Shown here: positions 36,319 to 36,688 of the stretch, one piece after another
How positions within the stretch are numbered: the first letter of the stretch is position 1
Layout: each line of letters opens with the position of its first letter
Assembly (NCBI GenBank): GCA_039589315.1
Contig: JBDHHQ010000062.1
Location: 1 to 36,688, forward strand
Length of the DNA: 36,688 nt
Direction: 5' to 3'
DNA from: Gemmatimonadota bacterium
GTDB taxonomy: Bacteria > Gemmatimonadota > Gemmatimonadetes > Longimicrobiales > Gaopeijiaceae
Notes under the pieces: generated by a model
Databases searched by the model: none
Seen by the model: the letters and a program-made list of their open reading frames with translations, nothing else
Told to the model about the DNA's origin: nothing
Translations under genes and position numbers: made by a program

Positions 36319-36688
36319 ATCGGCAAGCTACCCGGTTGAACGAGGGGACGCGACGACCTTCAGCCTCCGGGCTTCTTGAACTCAGCGTCGTCGTCGCGGC
36401 TCCCATTGTCCTCGTGAAGCATCAAGGGCGCCCCCCGAGCCGTGGACCAGGCGAGCGTCGGAGTGGACCGCCACCGAGGGCAACCAGGACTGTCGTCTTC
36501 AGGACTGTCTGGAGGGGCAGGGCGTTCCGCCGACACGGGACGCCCTGGTAGCCGTCGGGGCCTTCCCCTCCCGGCAGGAGAGGAAGGCCTTGTTCAAGCG
36601 CGCTAGAACGTGTCGGGGAATGGCAGGAAGACTTCTGGAAGCTCGGTGTTGCCCGGCGCTTCCGCGCCTGCCTCAGGGATGATCGGGC

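Overview
A GC-rich bacterial accessory region. The gene families suggest Gemmatimonadota, which is an inference. It is a patchwork of intact genes and short remnants. Intact genes: three membrane-anchored TolB-like/TPR proteins, two Ser/Thr kinase-TM-beta-propeller receptors (one truncated), two D-aminoacylase-family amidohydrolases, a fold-type II PLP enzyme, an SBBP-repeat surface protein, a Thr-type sulfatase-like enzyme, a DUF6624-type lipoprotein, several exported hypothetical proteins, and a tightly packed operon of an unknown lipoprotein with FabL-like, FabZ, FabF and ACP genes. Remnants include a tyrosine recombinase fragment, a DUF971 fragment, a solo IS1202/ISNCY-type end and possible attC half-sites. 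Three signals stand out. (1) A roughly 75-nt structured 5' leader with the RBS occurs twice, in front of unrelated genes, with conserved alternative pairings that could hide or expose the RBS. (2) There are seven copies of one N-terminal membrane 'header' module: three on full TPR genes, one fused to the sulfatase-like gene, and three broken, two of which sit directly upstream of the structured leader. (3) The stand-alone type II fatty-acid mini-operon resembles ladderane-type clusters. All family assignments come from motifs read by eye; no searches were run.
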